A stretch of 64,000 nucleotides of DNA from Clostridia bacterium (GCA_017462965.1 JAFTQC010000020.1:990-64989), one strand, 5' to 3'. Shown: positions 1 to 9,893, numbered from the stretch's first letter. The notes: generated by a model not told the origin, from the letters alone. Numbers and translations are program-made.

Positions 1-1290
1 CAGTAACGTCTCTTCTTTCCATCAGTCGTACAGGTTGCTGATTTTATTGTTGAATAACTTCCATAACTGTGGCCTGTTGCAGGTGCACCAGCCGCGCCAC
101 ATCTTTTACATGAAGATGATGATGTACATGTTGGTGTGCTAAAGCTGTGCCCTAGCGAGCTTCCGCTTGTAACACCACATCTTGTACATGTTGCTGGCGT
201 CGTACATGTTGCTGCGCTGTAGCTGTGGCCTAGTGAGCTTCCCGTTGAATAATAGCTTGAACTGCTTATTGATGAGCATCTTGAGCATTTATGCCAGTTT
301 GTTTGTGGCAATGAACATGTTGCTGATGTTCTCTTTGATGATGATGCTGCGCTGTAGTCGTGGCCTTTTGCCGCTATGCTTGCTGTGTCGCTTATTCCAC
401 ATTTTGAGCAGTATCTTGTTTTTACACCTGTGCTTGTACATGTTGCTGCTGTTGTTGTGCTATAGTCTCCCCAGCTGTGGCCTGTTGCCGTTCCTGTTGC
501 TGTGTATGTGTTTGAGCCTGCTGCTGAACATCTTGAGCATTTATAGTAATACACTGCGTTTGCCGTACATGTCGCTGGGCTCTTTAAATATGCTGATGTT
601 TGGCTTTGAACTGTAAAGTTGTGATTTAATGGATTTCCTGATGAATAATATTTTGAGCTTGCATATGAACATCTGTCGCATTTGTAGTAGTATGTTGCTG
701 CGTTTGTACAGTCTGCATTTGTTCTTAGATATGTTGATGTTGCCAATTTTGTATTGCATGCGTGTCCTAATGCATTTCCGTTTGTGTAGTAGTTTGTTCC
801 TGCTGCTGTACATCTGCTACATTTGTAATAATATGTTTCTGGCGATTCACAGTCTGCTTCGCTTCTCTTGTATGTGCTTGTCATTGATTTTACAGTGAAG
901 TCGTGATTTAACGCGCTTCCATATTCATATGTTGTGCTTCCTTTTGCTGAACATCTTATACATTTATAGTAGTATACGGCTTTTGTCGTACATGTTGCAG
1001 CGTCTTTTAAGTATGTTGCTGTCGCCGTTTGCGATGTGTAGCTATGGTTTAATGGCTCTCCGTATTCATATGTGTTTGTACCTTTTTCTGTACATCTTAC
1101 GCATTTGTAATAATATACGGCTTTCGTCGTACATGTTGCTTCTGATTTTAGGTATGTCGATGTCGTCGTTTGCGATGTGTAGCTGTGACCTAGTTTTTCT
1201 TCTTTTAGCAGGTTACAGTATATACATCTTGAGTCCGATACGCATGATACCACCGAATATTGATGCTCACATATGTTTGTGATTGTTATT
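1..1290 (-). repeat. Tandem His/Cys-rich protein repeats (at least 11 units; long units 47 aa = 141 bp)
   Basis: Units such as HSYTSQTTTSTYLKSEATCTTKAVYYYKCVRCTEKGTNTYEYGEPLN; DNA TTTGCGATGTGTAGCT at 1028 and 1169 (141-bp period). Confidence 0.9.
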
Positions 1291-4200
1291 TGGTTTGAGC
1301 CGATTGTGTTTCCGTTATGTACTGAACGGCCATATACTGTGCAGTCTTTTGTTATTGTTATTGCGCCTGTATAGTTCGTCCACGCGCCATTGTCTATTTT
1401 GTATTGCAATGTTGTTACTGGTATTTTCTTTGACATGGTTACTGTTAGTGAGGATACTAACGAATCTGTACTCTTGTTTATTGTTATTACGTCTCCTAGT
1501 ATGCTGAAGTTTACTGTTTTTGTGCCTGTGAAGTTTCCTTTTCCTGTGATTATTACTGCTGCTGTGTTCGTTCCTATGTTTACGTTGTTTGAGTATGATA
1601 CTGTGTAGTCTGTTCCTTCTACTAGGTTTCTGTTTTGCTCGTTTTCTTTTACCGTTACGTTTTGTGTTATCGCGCTTCCTGTGTAATCTTTGTTTGTTAC
1701 TCCTGTTACTGTTATGCTTGTTCCTATTGATTTTGGATTTATTGTTACTTTTCTACTTCCGCTGTGGTCGTAGAAGTTTGAGTTTACTATGTAGTAGTAG
1801 ATTGTGTTTGTTCCTACGTTTTTATAGTATATTGGACTTGTCTTTCCTGAGCTGTAGTTGCTTGAGTTTAACGCTGTTGTTGAGTAGTAGATTGTTGCAC
1901 CTGATGATGGCCATGTTGGTTTTACTGTGATTGTATGGTTTTGGTTGTCGAATGTTCCTACATAGTCTGATGCATCTACTTGCATTGTTGCTTTTGTTAT
2001 TTGGAACGTTGTCGTTATCGTTCCTGAGTAGTTTCCGCGTCCTGTTATTGTTATTGTTGCGGTTCCTACGTTTACGTTGTTTGAGTATGATAATGTGTAG
2101 TCTGTTCCGCTTACTAGTGTTGTTTTTCCATCAAATGTGATTGTTGGAATTGGTCTTATTTCGTTTCCTGTGTATGTTACACTTGCCAATGGGCTTACCG
2201 CGATTTTTCCGCCTGTTAGGTTATAGCTTGTTATTTCCCACACTAGATTTTTGGCTGTTGTGTTGTTTGTGTCTGACCACATGTAGTTTTTTGTGTCTGT
2301 TAATGTTGCTACTGCTGTGTATTTTCCTGCGTTTACTTGTGCGTATTGTCCGCCTCTTGTGTATTCTGTGCCGTTTGCTATTCCGTATTTTGTTGTTCCA
2401 TCGTATGCTTGCGGTGTTACAGCTACCGGTGGCGTTATTGGTTTTGGTGTTATTTCAAAGTATACTTTTATTGGACTTAATGTTAGTGTGTAGTTTGATG
2501 CTATGAATGATCCGTTGTTTGCTAGCGCTAATGTTCCTTTTTTGATTTCGTATTTTCCTACGTCTACGCCGATTTCTCTTTCTAGTACTCCTGAGAAGCC
2601 TGGTATTTCTCCTGTTACATTTCCTCTATATGAATATGTTAGTTTTGGTGTTACCGCCGTTCCATCGTATACTTTTTTCTGATTACTTGCTGGTGTTACT
2701 ACGATTTCTTTTTTCGATACTGTTACCGCTATTTCGCCTGTTCTTTCTAAGTATTGGTCGTCTTCTGCTATTCTTAACGTAACTATTGATGTTCCATAGT
2801 TTCGTGGTGTTATTGTTATTGTTTTTCCGTTTAGGTTTACTGTCGCTACTGATGTATTGCTTGATGTTACTGTTGTCGCTGATTCTTTTCCTCTGTAACT
2901 AAATCCTACTTGCGAGCTTGAGTCACCAAATACGAATGTTTTGCTTGTTTCATTTAGTGTTAATTGTCTTATACCTTTGTTTATTATTACTGTGATTTTT
3001 TCTGTGAAGCCTGTTCTGTCTTCTCTTACGTTTATTATCGTTTCGCCTACTTTTGTTCCTGGCACGATTGTTAGGATTCCATTGCTCTCGCTTCCTGTTG
3101 CTATTTCAGCATTTTCTGATGTTACTTCTATATTTCCTGTGTATAGTCCTTTTTGTACTGTTATTATTATGTTTGCACCATCTATTTGTGATATTCCTGA
3201 GTTTGAGCTTACTTTGAAGAAGCTTTCGCCCCATACTGCTCTTAGTGTTACGTCTGCGTTTAGTTTGATTTTTCCGCCTCTTAAGTAATCTACGTCACTT
3301 TCTGTGTTTCCTGGATTTACTGATGTTGACCATCCTAAGAATACGTAGCGCTCTCTTGCTAATTGGTTTGATGATAGTGTTAATTCTACGTTTTCTGCTT
3401 GGTATTGTGTGTCTGGCGCTCCTGTTCCTCCGTTTGTATCAAATTTTATTTCGTATATCATTATGTTTTCGACGCTTACATTTCCTGCCAAGTCTTTTAC
3501 CCAGAAATATTGTCTTCCTTTTTGTGTTACTTCTTTTTCTACTTCTACATCTTTTGTTCCTGCTTGTTCTGATTCCCACGCTATTGGCGCTATGTCTGAC
3601 GTTGTCCATGCATATCCTGCTATTATTCCTTCGTCATGCGCTGTTGCTATTAGTTTTATTTTTTCTGATCCTTCGTCTTGTCTTACTGTTATTGTTCCTG
3701 CTGGTGCTGTTTCGTCTTTCCATACCGCAAATAGTTCTAGGTCTTCGTCTTTATAGTATGTGTCGCCTGGTTTTAATACTACTTCATCTGATTCTTCTGC
3801 TAACGACCATCCTTTGAATACGAAGTCTTTTCTGTATGGCTCGTCCGTTCCTCCTGTTGGTACTTGGATTGTTCCTCCTTGCGATTTTATTTGTGGTGCG
3901 AATAGTCCGATTCCTCCGTTTTTGTTTCCTGTTCCGCCGTTTAGGTTGTATGTTATTGTGTATGTTTCTACGTGTTCTGCCCATACTGCGTAAAATACTG
4001 TATTTTGTAATACTGGATATGCATCTCCTGCATGGTATTGTGGCTCTTTTGCGTCTTGGCTTAGCGCCCAGCCCACGAAGTCGTATCCGTGTCTTATTGG
4101 TTCTAGTGTTGTTACTATTATTTCTCCGCCGTATTCTACTACTTCTGTTTTTGTTATTGTTGATCCTTTGTTGCCGTTGTATTTTACAGTTAATCCGTTT

Positions 4201-5699
4201 ATTTCATAGTTTGCTACTAGTTCCACGTCGTTATCTGGCATTGTGAATGTTGTTGATGTTGTTGTGGTGTTTGCCAAGTTTATTCCGCCGCTTTTTACTG
4301 TCCAGTTTTTAAATGTGTATCCTTGCGCTGGTGTTGTTGAGATGTATACTTCTCCTCCTGCAAGTCTTGCACCATTTCCTGTTACTGTTCCAGCTCCTTC
4401 TGGTTCTACTGTTACTAGTACTGTTTTTGTTCCTCTTTCCCATACCGCATATAGCACTAGATTTTCTGACAATGTTATTGTATCGCCTGCATGATATGTT
4501 GCTGTCGCTGCTTTTGAATCTGTGCTCCAGCCTTCAAATCCATACCCTGCTCTTTTTGGTACTTCTGTTGATATTATGTATTCACCTGTTAGGTTTTCTG
4601 CTCCTTCTGGCGCTCCGTCTCCGCCGTTTGCATTGTACATTACACTGTATGTTCTATTTTCGTCTGTTGTCCAGATTGCATATAGCACTGTGTTTTTGTT
4701 TAATGTGAATTCAGATCCTGGTTTGTATGTTGCTATTGTTTCTGTTGCGTTTTCGTTCCATCCCAAAAATACATAGCCATTTCTTAGTGGCTCTTGATTT
4801 GTTATTTTCATTATCACGTTTTCTGTTTTTGCTTGTGGTGCTGGCACGTTTGTTCCGCCGTTTGCGTTATATGTTATCGTGTATACTTCCGCATCTATTT
4901 CTGTTACTTCAACTGACGAGTTTGTTGTTCCTTGTCTTTCTTCTGTTGCTTTTATTTTGTATGTCTTATTTTCGTATACTGTTATTTCGTATTTTTCTTC
5001 TGTTCCTATTTCTGAAACTCTTGTTGCATCTTTTCCGCCAACTTCCACTGTTAAGTTTCCGCCGTTTATTTTTCTAACGACTAGCGTTATTTTTACACTT
5101 TTCTTATCTCCGGCTACTGTTTTATCTACCGACACTATTTCTGGTCCTGCTTTTTCTAACAAGTCTTTTGTGTAATACACTCCATCGTTTGTTTGGTATC
5201 CTCCAAGATAAAAGACTTTTCCGTCTTTGTCGTAAACGTATATATCGTCTACGCCAAATTCAGCCATGTTCGTTTCGGTATTAGTCGAGAATTTTTTATA
5301 ATCCCATCCTCTTTTGGCTTCGTCATCAAATTCTATGTATTCTAGGTCTACTACATATCCATAGATGGCGTCCTCGCTGAAGCTTACGAAATCTTCAGGT
5401 GGATTCTTTATTTTCGTTTTATAGAATCCCTGGTTTTCAATTGCTTCACCCGTTCCATTTATTTGATTGGCAAATCTCTTCTCCGAAGATTGCTGCTCTA
5501 CGAGCGACACTTCTTGGAAAAACTCAGCTCTACTTGCTTCGTTTATCGAATTCCCCGAGTATGCAAATGCAGCTAAAAGCAATATCAACAACACCACAAT
5601 CGTGATTACGAGTGTTATCATCGATACTCCTTTTTGATTTGACCTAGTATTAATTTTCTTCATCTCATCTTTCGTTTCTTCTAAGAAAAGTTTTGTCAT
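1..5699 (-). CDS. Giant surface adhesin-like protein, 3'-partial (>1,899 aa): prepilin-like leader, InlB B-repeat/Flg_new domains, Ig-like and MBG-like repeats, C-terminal His/Cys repeats
   Basis: Manual translation from ATG 5699 (RBS GAGGAGG): MTKLFLEETKDEMKKINTRSNQKGVSMITLVITIVVLLILLLAAF; repeats such as YTITYNANGG..GYVFLGW..LYAIW; YDGTAVTPKLTYSY..DVGKYEI..SNYTLT; TYTG..DYTLSYSNNVNVGTATITITGRGNYSG. Frame at position 59 matches the frame at 5699 and the ORF track lists no stop-terminated ORF in this frame. Confidence 0.9.
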   Translation of the reverse strand, partial: MTKLFLEETKDEMKKINTRSNQKGVSMITLVITIVVLLILLLAAFAYSGNSINEASRAEFFQEVSLVEQQSSEKRFANQINGTGEAIENQGFYKTKIKNPPEDFVSFSEDAIYGYVVDLEYIEFDDEAKRGWDYKKFSTNTETNMAEFGVDDIYVYDKDGKVFYLGGYQTNDGVYYTKDLLEKAGPEIVSVDKTVAGDKKSVKITLVVRKINGGNLTVEVGGKDATRVSEIGTEEKYEITVYENKTYKIKATEERQGTTNSSVEVTEIDAEVYTITYNANGGTNVPAPQAKTENVIMKITNQEPLRNGYVFLGWNENATETIATYKPGSEFTLNKNTVLYAIWTTDENRTYSVMYNANGGDGAPEGAENLTGEYIISTEVPKRAGYGFEGWSTDSKAATATYHAGDTITLSENLVLYAVWERGTKTVLVTVEPEGAGTVTGNGARLAGGEVYISTTPAQGYTFKNWTVKSGGINLANTTTTSTTFTMPDNDVELVANYEINGLTVKYNGNKGSTITKTEVVEYGGEIIVTTLEPIRHGYDFVGWALSQDAKEPQYHAGDAYPVLQNTVFYAVWAEHVETYTITYNLNGGTGNKNGGIGLFAPQIKSQGGTIQVPTGGTDEPYRKDFVFKGWSLAEESDEVVLKPGDTYYKDEDLELFAVWKDETAPAGTITVRQDEGSEKIKLIATAHDEGIIAGYAWTTSDIAPIAWESEQAGTKDVEVEKEVTQKGRQYFWVKDLAGNVSVENIMIYEIKFDTNGGTGAPDTQYQAENVELTLSSNQLARERYVFLGWSTSVNPGNTESDVDYLRGGKIKLNADVTLRAVWGESFFKVSSNSGISQIDGANIIITVQKGLYTGNIEVTSENAEIATGSESNGILTIVPGTKVGETIINVREDRTGFTEKITVIINKGIRQLTLNETSKTFVFGDSSSQVGFSYRGKESATTVTSSNTSVATVNLNGKTITITPRNYGTSIVTLRIAEDDQYLERTGEIAVTVSKKEIVVTPASNQKKVYDGTAVTPKLTYSYRGNVTGEIPGFSGVLEREIGVDVGKYEIKKGTLALANNGSFIASNYTLTLSPIKVYFEITPKPITPPVAVTPQAYDGTTKYGIANGTEYTRGGQYAQVNAGKYTAVATLTDTKNYMWSDTNNTTAKNLVWEITSYNLTGGKIAVSPLASVTYTGNEIRPIPTITFDGKTTLVSGTDYTLSYSNNVNVGTATITITGRGNYSGTITTTFQITKATMQVDASDYVGTFDNQNHTITVKPTWPSSGATIYYSTTALNSSNYSSGKTSPIYYKNVGTNTIYYYIVNSNFYDHSGSRKVTINPKSIGTSITVTGVTNKDYTGSAITQNVTVKENEQNRNLVEGTDYTVSYSNNVNIGTNTAAVIITGKGNFTGTKTVNFSILGDVITINKSTDSLVSSLTVTMSKKIPVTTLQYKIDNGAWTNYTGAITITKDCTVYGRSVHNGNTIGSNQITITNICEHQYSVVSCVSDSRCIYCNLLKEEKLGHSYTSQTTTSTYLKSEATCTTKAVYYYKCVRCTEKGTNTYEYGEPLNHSYTSQTATATYLKDAATCTTKAVYYYKCIRCSAKGSTTYEYGSALNHDFTVKSMTSTYKRSEADCESPETYYYKCSRCTAAGTNYYTNGNALGHACNTKLATSTYLRTNADCTNAATYYYKCDRCSYASSKYYSSGNPLNHNFTVQSQTSAYLKSPATCTANAVYYYKCSRCSAAGSNTYTATGTATGHSWGDYSTTTAATCTSTGVKTRYCSKCGISDTASIAAKGHDYSAASSSKRTSATCSLPQTNWHKCSRCSSISSSSYYSTGSSLGHSYSAATCTTPATCTRCGVTSGSSLGHSFSTPTCTSSSSCKRCGAAGAPATGHSYGSYSTIKSATCTTDGKKRRY

Positions 5700-5809
5700 T
5701 TTCAGACCCCTCCTCATACATCTTTTGCATATACTTTTTGCTCATTCTAATCCAATGTCATAATATCTCTTTTATTTTATATATTCTAGTGGATATTTTT
5801 TCATGAAGA

Positions 5810-5825
5810 TGTTTCACGTGAAAAG
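5810..5825. promoter_or_regulatory. parS-like site
   Basis: TGTTTCACGTGAAAAG versus consensus TGTTTCACGTGAAACA (2 mismatches at the edge). Confidence 0.65.
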
Positions 5826-5908
5826 CATTTACGGAAGGACTTTTTGCTCCTTTTATTAATTTTTTGTTACATTTTCTTTACCCATATATTACAAAAAAAC
5901 AAAAAAAC

Positions 5909-5934
5909 CTAAGAGAAACTTTCTTCTCTTAGGC
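5909..5934 (-). terminator. Intrinsic terminator downstream of the 3D-domain gene
   Basis: Hairpin CCTAAGAGAA..TTCTCTTAGG followed by a T-run on the minus strand. Confidence 0.65.
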
Positions 5935-5960
5935 ATTCTTGGGTTTGCAGATTCAAAAAA

Positions 5961-6788
5961 TTATTCTACTACGTACACGTTAACTTTTTTTCTTCCCCAT
6001 ACTAACGCTTCTTCATGCGTATCCATGTATAAATCTATTTTGTAATCTTTAATTGCACTTCCAGTGTCACTCGCTGTTGCGTATCCATAATCCCACGCAC
6101 CGTAAAGTCCTTCAACATAAACTTTAGCTCCAAGTGGAATTATTTTAGGATCAACCGCTATGACTTTCATCCCTGATCCAGGAACAATTCGTACGCCTGA
6201 AGCAGTCATACCGTAATTAGGATTTGATGGCGACTTGCCGCAACATTTTTTACACAAGCAATACGCCGTTGCCGACACCTCAACCACGCTCGAATATTCT
6301 TCAGGTTGATTATCCTCTGCTAAATCTCTATATGAAACATATTTTGTTGCATTCTCATTTTTGCTTTTATTTTCGCTTACACTATTCGATGTCACTTCAC
6401 TTACTGTTTCAGCTTTTTCTAAAATTGTATTTTCTCTAGTTCCTTTTCTTGATACTGTTTGCGCATTTGTAACTCTATCATTTTTTGCAATTTGTATTTT
6501 TCCCTCATTTGCTTTCTCAACTTCTCCAGATGTTGTCACTTCATTTTCCACAATTTCTTCCGAAATTTCTTGTACTGCAGCAAAAGCTATTTGTTCGATT
6601 AATATAATATCATTTTCATTCATATTTGTATTACTTTCTACTACATCATTTCCGCTTGCTACAGCCATTTTTTCATAATTTTTGAAATTGTTTCCTACCG
6701 CATAAACTCCAGACATTATTGTAAAAATAATTGTGAATAAAGCTAAAATCATTTTCTTTTGTAAGACTATACTGCCTTGTTCTTCCAT
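5961..6788 (-). CDS. 3D-domain cell-wall protein (YabE/YocH-like)
   Basis: C-terminal VSATAY..GMTASG..VIAVDPKIIPLGAKVYVEG..ASDTGSAIKDYKIDLYM; N-terminal hydrophobic segment; RBS AAGGAGG. Confidence 0.85.
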   Translation of the reverse strand: MEEQGSIVLQKKMILALFTIIFTIMSGVYAVGNNFKNYEKMAVASGNDVVESNTNMNENDIILIEQIAFAAVQEISEEIVENEVTTSGEVEKANEGKIQIAKNDRVTNAQTVSRKGTRENTILEKAETVSEVTSNSVSENKSKNENATKYVSYRDLAEDNQPEEYSSVVEVSATAYCLCKKCCGKSPSNPNYGMTASGVRIVPGSGMKVIAVDPKIIPLGAKVYVEGLYGAWDYGYATASDTGSAIKDYKIDLYMDTHEEALVWGRKKVNVYVVE

Positions 6789-6991
6789 TAAATACTCCTT
6801 CCTTGATATAACGTCGAACGTACCTGATTCTACTATTATTTTTACCAGTTGTCAAATTTTTATACATTTTTTGGGATTTTTCGTGACAAGGGGAAACGAA
6901 AAATTCCAAATATTGTTTGTTATATTAATATTCCGATTTGATAACAATAGTACTGACACAAAAATATTTACTAAATTTTATGGAGGTTTTT

Positions 6992-8194
6992 ATGAATTTA
7001 AAGAGAAATTTTTTAATTCTTACATCCCTTTTTATTATTCTTGGATGTAATTTAGCTTTAGCTACTACTGAACAAACTCCTACTGATCCCCCTGCAGAAA
7101 CTCCGGTTGTTTCAGGAGAATCTGGTGAGTCTGGAGAGGTAACAGGAAGTGGTGAAGTTCCACCTGCCGAAGAACCAGAAGGAACTGTAAGTGGTGAATC
7201 TGGGGAAATTAACGGTGACGTGTCTGGTGAAGTAAGTGGAGAAATTAGTGGCGACGTTAGCGGTGATGTTAGCGGAGAAATTGAAACAATTTTAGCTAGT
7301 ACTGCTTTGGATTCTACATTTACTATTAATATAAATGAAACTCTTTCTGCAGCAATGGAAGCAAGCGTTTCTGGTGATGAAACTTTCAATTTTGTAGTTG
7401 TTACAGAGCCTGCAAATGGTATTCTTGTACACGAAAACTCTGGCGATCCTGCTTTCACGTACACACCTAGTGGCGACTTTATTGGACTTGATTCTTTCGC
7501 TTTCAGATTAGAATCTGGCGAATATTATTCTAATATTGGTACTGTAACTATTGAAATCGTTGCACCTTCAGAGCCTGTTATTCCTTTTTATTATGAGGAT
7601 ATGCAAGATCACTGGGCTAATTTTTCAGCTTCTCATTTAGCAGCTAGAGGTTTCATTATAGGTGAAGAAATTGGTAATAATTTTTATTACTGGCCTGACA
7701 AACAAATGTCTCGTGGAGAATTTTTGTTGTTCCTTCTTTCTGTACTAAATATCGATGAAACGGCAAATGCAGCAGATGTAACTTTTGCAGATGAAGATTC
7801 TATCCCTGATTGGATGCTTGAAAAAGCTAAGATAGCTTACGAAATGGAAATAATCAGTGGCGTATCTGATGATACTGATTCGCTTTATCTATACCCTAAC
7901 GCACCAATTACTAGAGCAGAAGCGTTTGTGATGATTAACAATGCATTGCTTGTAAAAACAGAAGCTGTAAATACAACTGATGCAATTAATTATGCTGATA
8001 CAGAAAGCATTCCATCTTGGGCAACTCAAGCCATCAAAAATCTTTCTGCTTATCAAATAATTCAAGGTTCATCAAACAACAATGTTAATCCAAATAGCAT
8101 CGCATCACGTGGCGAAGCAGCCGAACTTTGCTACAAACTTTTGAAACAAATTGAAGCAAGTGAATTAACAACAGGTTCGGGCGATTTAAAATAA
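6992..8194 (+). CDS. Secreted S-layer-homology (SLH) protein with Ig-like (Big_9-type) domain and SG[ED] repeats
   Basis: Signal peptide MNLKRNFLILTSLFIILGCNLALA after RBS GGAGG; EPANGIL..FTYTPSGDFIGLDSFAF; SLH motifs YEDMQDHWA..PDKQMSRGEF, PNAPITRAEA, PNSIASRGEAA. Confidence 0.85.
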   Translation: MNLKRNFLILTSLFIILGCNLALATTEQTPTDPPAETPVVSGESGESGEVTGSGEVPPAEEPEGTVSGESGEINGDVSGEVSGEISGDVSGDVSGEIETILASTALDSTFTININETLSAAMEASVSGDETFNFVVVTEPANGILVHENSGDPAFTYTPSGDFIGLDSFAFRLESGEYYSNIGTVTIEIVAPSEPVIPFYYEDMQDHWANFSASHLAARGFIIGEEIGNNFYYWPDKQMSRGEFLLFLLSVLNIDETANAADVTFADEDSIPDWMLEKAKIAYEMEIISGVSDDTDSLYLYPNAPITRAEAFVMINNALLVKTEAVNTTDAINYADTESIPSWATQAIKNLSAYQIIQGSSNNNVNPNSIASRGEAAELCYKLLKQIEASELTTGSGDLK

Positions 8195-8196
8195 GA

Positions 8197-8257
8197 AAAT
8201 GGACAAAAGGACGGAAGCTTTTTTTCGGGACAAAGCTTCCGTCCTTTTATCCATTTT
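8197..8257. repeat. GGAC-core palindromic element / bidirectional terminator between convergent genes
   Basis: AAAATGGACAAAAGGACGGAAGCTTT..AAAGCTTCCGTCCTTTTATCCATTTT. Confidence 0.75.
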
Positions 8258-8265
8258 TAAAATTT

Positions 8266-9270
8266 TTATTCACCATCCAAATCGATGTCAAACGTGCTGA
8301 TTTCATACGTTTTTCCATCGCTTGAAACATGAATTGTTCCCTGAGTATCCGTTCTATAAATTTGAACGTCAGAGTCTTTTAGTGCAGCCATTACTTCTCT
8401 GTGAGGATGTCCATACGAATTTCCTTCACCGCAAGAAATAACAGCAACCTCAGGCATCGTCTGCTCTAGAAAATCATCAGAGCTACTTGTGCTTGATCCA
8501 TGATGTCCAACCTTAAGAACATCTACATCATTCCACAAACGCTTCTCTTCATTAGGAATTTCTGCATCTGCCATAAACAAGAATTTGTTTTTGCCATGAG
8601 TTGTTTCGACAATGATTGAAGTTTGGTTAGTCTCCTCATTATCACTATCAATTCCCATGATTTCACATCTTGCCTCGCCCACATAGAAAATATGTCCAAG
8701 CTTAGGAGCAACAGATGTTACGCCACTTTTTTTTGCTGCAGAAATAACATTTCTATATGTCGAAGAATCATATTCAATGTCTGGCATGTACAGATTTTCA
8801 ACCTCAAAGTTTTTTAATACATCATCAAGCCCACCAATATGATCCTCATGTGGATGAGTGCCAATTAAATATTTGACTTTTGATATTCCCATACTGATGA
8901 GTTGAGCCACTATAAGGTTGCCATCTTCGTTGTTCCCCGCATCAATAAGCATATACTCGCCATCACAGCTAACTAAAGTACAATCGGCTTGGCCTACGTC
9001 AAAATAGTATATGCCAAGTTCTCCATCTACTTCAGCCAAATCCTGCATACTTTCAAGAGATTCCTGATTTATGCTATCTTTCGAATCTATGAAATTATCT
9101 TTAATATAGTCCTGCGCACTCGCCAAAATATCATCCACAGAATCGGCTTCGATTATCTTATCAAGACCAACTTGTGAAAAACCAAAACCTAATGACAAGC
9201 CAATAATACACAAAACAGCAACTATTTTTATCACTAATAGTTTCCCAGAAGATTTACTCTTTTTACTCAT
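8266..9270 (-). CDS. ComEC/Rec2-like metallo-beta-lactamase-fold hydrolase, membrane anchored
   Basis: FDVGQADC, THPHEDHIGG, DVLKVGHHGS, YGHPH motifs. Confidence 0.85.
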   Translation of the reverse strand: MSKKSKSSGKLLVIKIVAVLCIIGLSLGFGFSQVGLDKIIEADSVDDILASAQDYIKDNFIDSKDSINQESLESMQDLAEVDGELGIYYFDVGQADCTLVSCDGEYMLIDAGNNEDGNLIVAQLISMGISKVKYLIGTHPHEDHIGGLDDVLKNFEVENLYMPDIEYDSSTYRNVISAAKKSGVTSVAPKLGHIFYVGEARCEIMGIDSDNEETNQTSIIVETTHGKNKFLFMADAEIPNEEKRLWNDVDVLKVGHHGSSTSSSDDFLEQTMPEVAVISCGEGNSYGHPHREVMAALKDSDVQIYRTDTQGTIHVSSDGKTYEISTFDIDLDGE

Positions 9271-9317
9271 TTGTTTTCCCTCCATCCATTACATCAATGT
9301 CTGAACTACCAAGAATA

Positions 9318-9893
9318 TTAGAAAATATATTCTTTCAAAATTTGATAAACCATGTGCACCGGCAATCCCATTACCGTTGCATAACTTCCATCGATTTTAT
9401 CGATATGAACACCAAACTCTTGTTGTACCGCATAAGCACCGGCTTTATCCCACGCATTTCCAGTAGCAAGCCATCTCTCGATTTCTGCCTCTGAAAGTTC
9501 ACCTATATGCACATCAGCAATATCACAATCTATATGCTTTTCGACTTTGCCATCTTTTCTAATTATTACTGCAATTCCTGTCATAACTTGATGAAAATCA
9601 TTGCTTAGCATCCTAAGCATTCTTCTAGCATCATCGGCATCTTTTGGCTTACCAAGTATTTCACCGCTTCTGCTAACAACAATTGTATCACTTCCAATAA
9701 CGATACAATCATCTTCACATCCAGCAAACACATCCTCAGCCTTTTGATTTGCAATCTCCTTAACTTGCTCAAAAGGTGTAAGCGACGCATCTACAACTTC
9801 ATCTGAAGAACTAACAATCACTTCAAACTCTTTCGTAATAAGCGATAGCAGTTCTTTCCTTCTTGGCGACTTTGAAGCTAAAATTATTTTCAT
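9318..9893 (-). CDS. maf: Maf family nucleoside triphosphate pyrophosphatase
   Basis: IILASKSPRRKELL, GSDTIV, GKPKD, DKAGAY, GSYATVMGLP. Confidence 0.92.
   Translation of the reverse strand: MKIILASKSPRRKELLSLITKEFEVIVSSSDEVVDASLTPFEQVKEIANQKAEDVFAGCEDDCIVIGSDTIVVSRSGEILGKPKDADDARRMLRMLSNDFHQVMTGIAVIIRKDGKVEKHIDCDIADVHIGELSEAEIERWLATGNAWDKAGAYAVQQEFGVHIDKIDGSYATVMGLPVHMVYQILKEYIF

Noticed and set aside
1-1290. Multiheme cytochrome c interpretation of the CxxC repeats
   Set aside because: No CxxCH motifs; the His lies far from the CxxC.
182-5605. Dozens of Leu/Cys-rich plus-strand ORFs in the ORF track
   Set aside because: They are antisense shadows of the giant minus-strand gene, whose A-rich coding strand leaves few stops on the opposite strand.
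1-5699. Diversity-generating retroelement target (AAC/TAC-rich gene)
   Set aside because: No reverse transcriptase and no TR/VR pair differing only at adenines is visible in the window.
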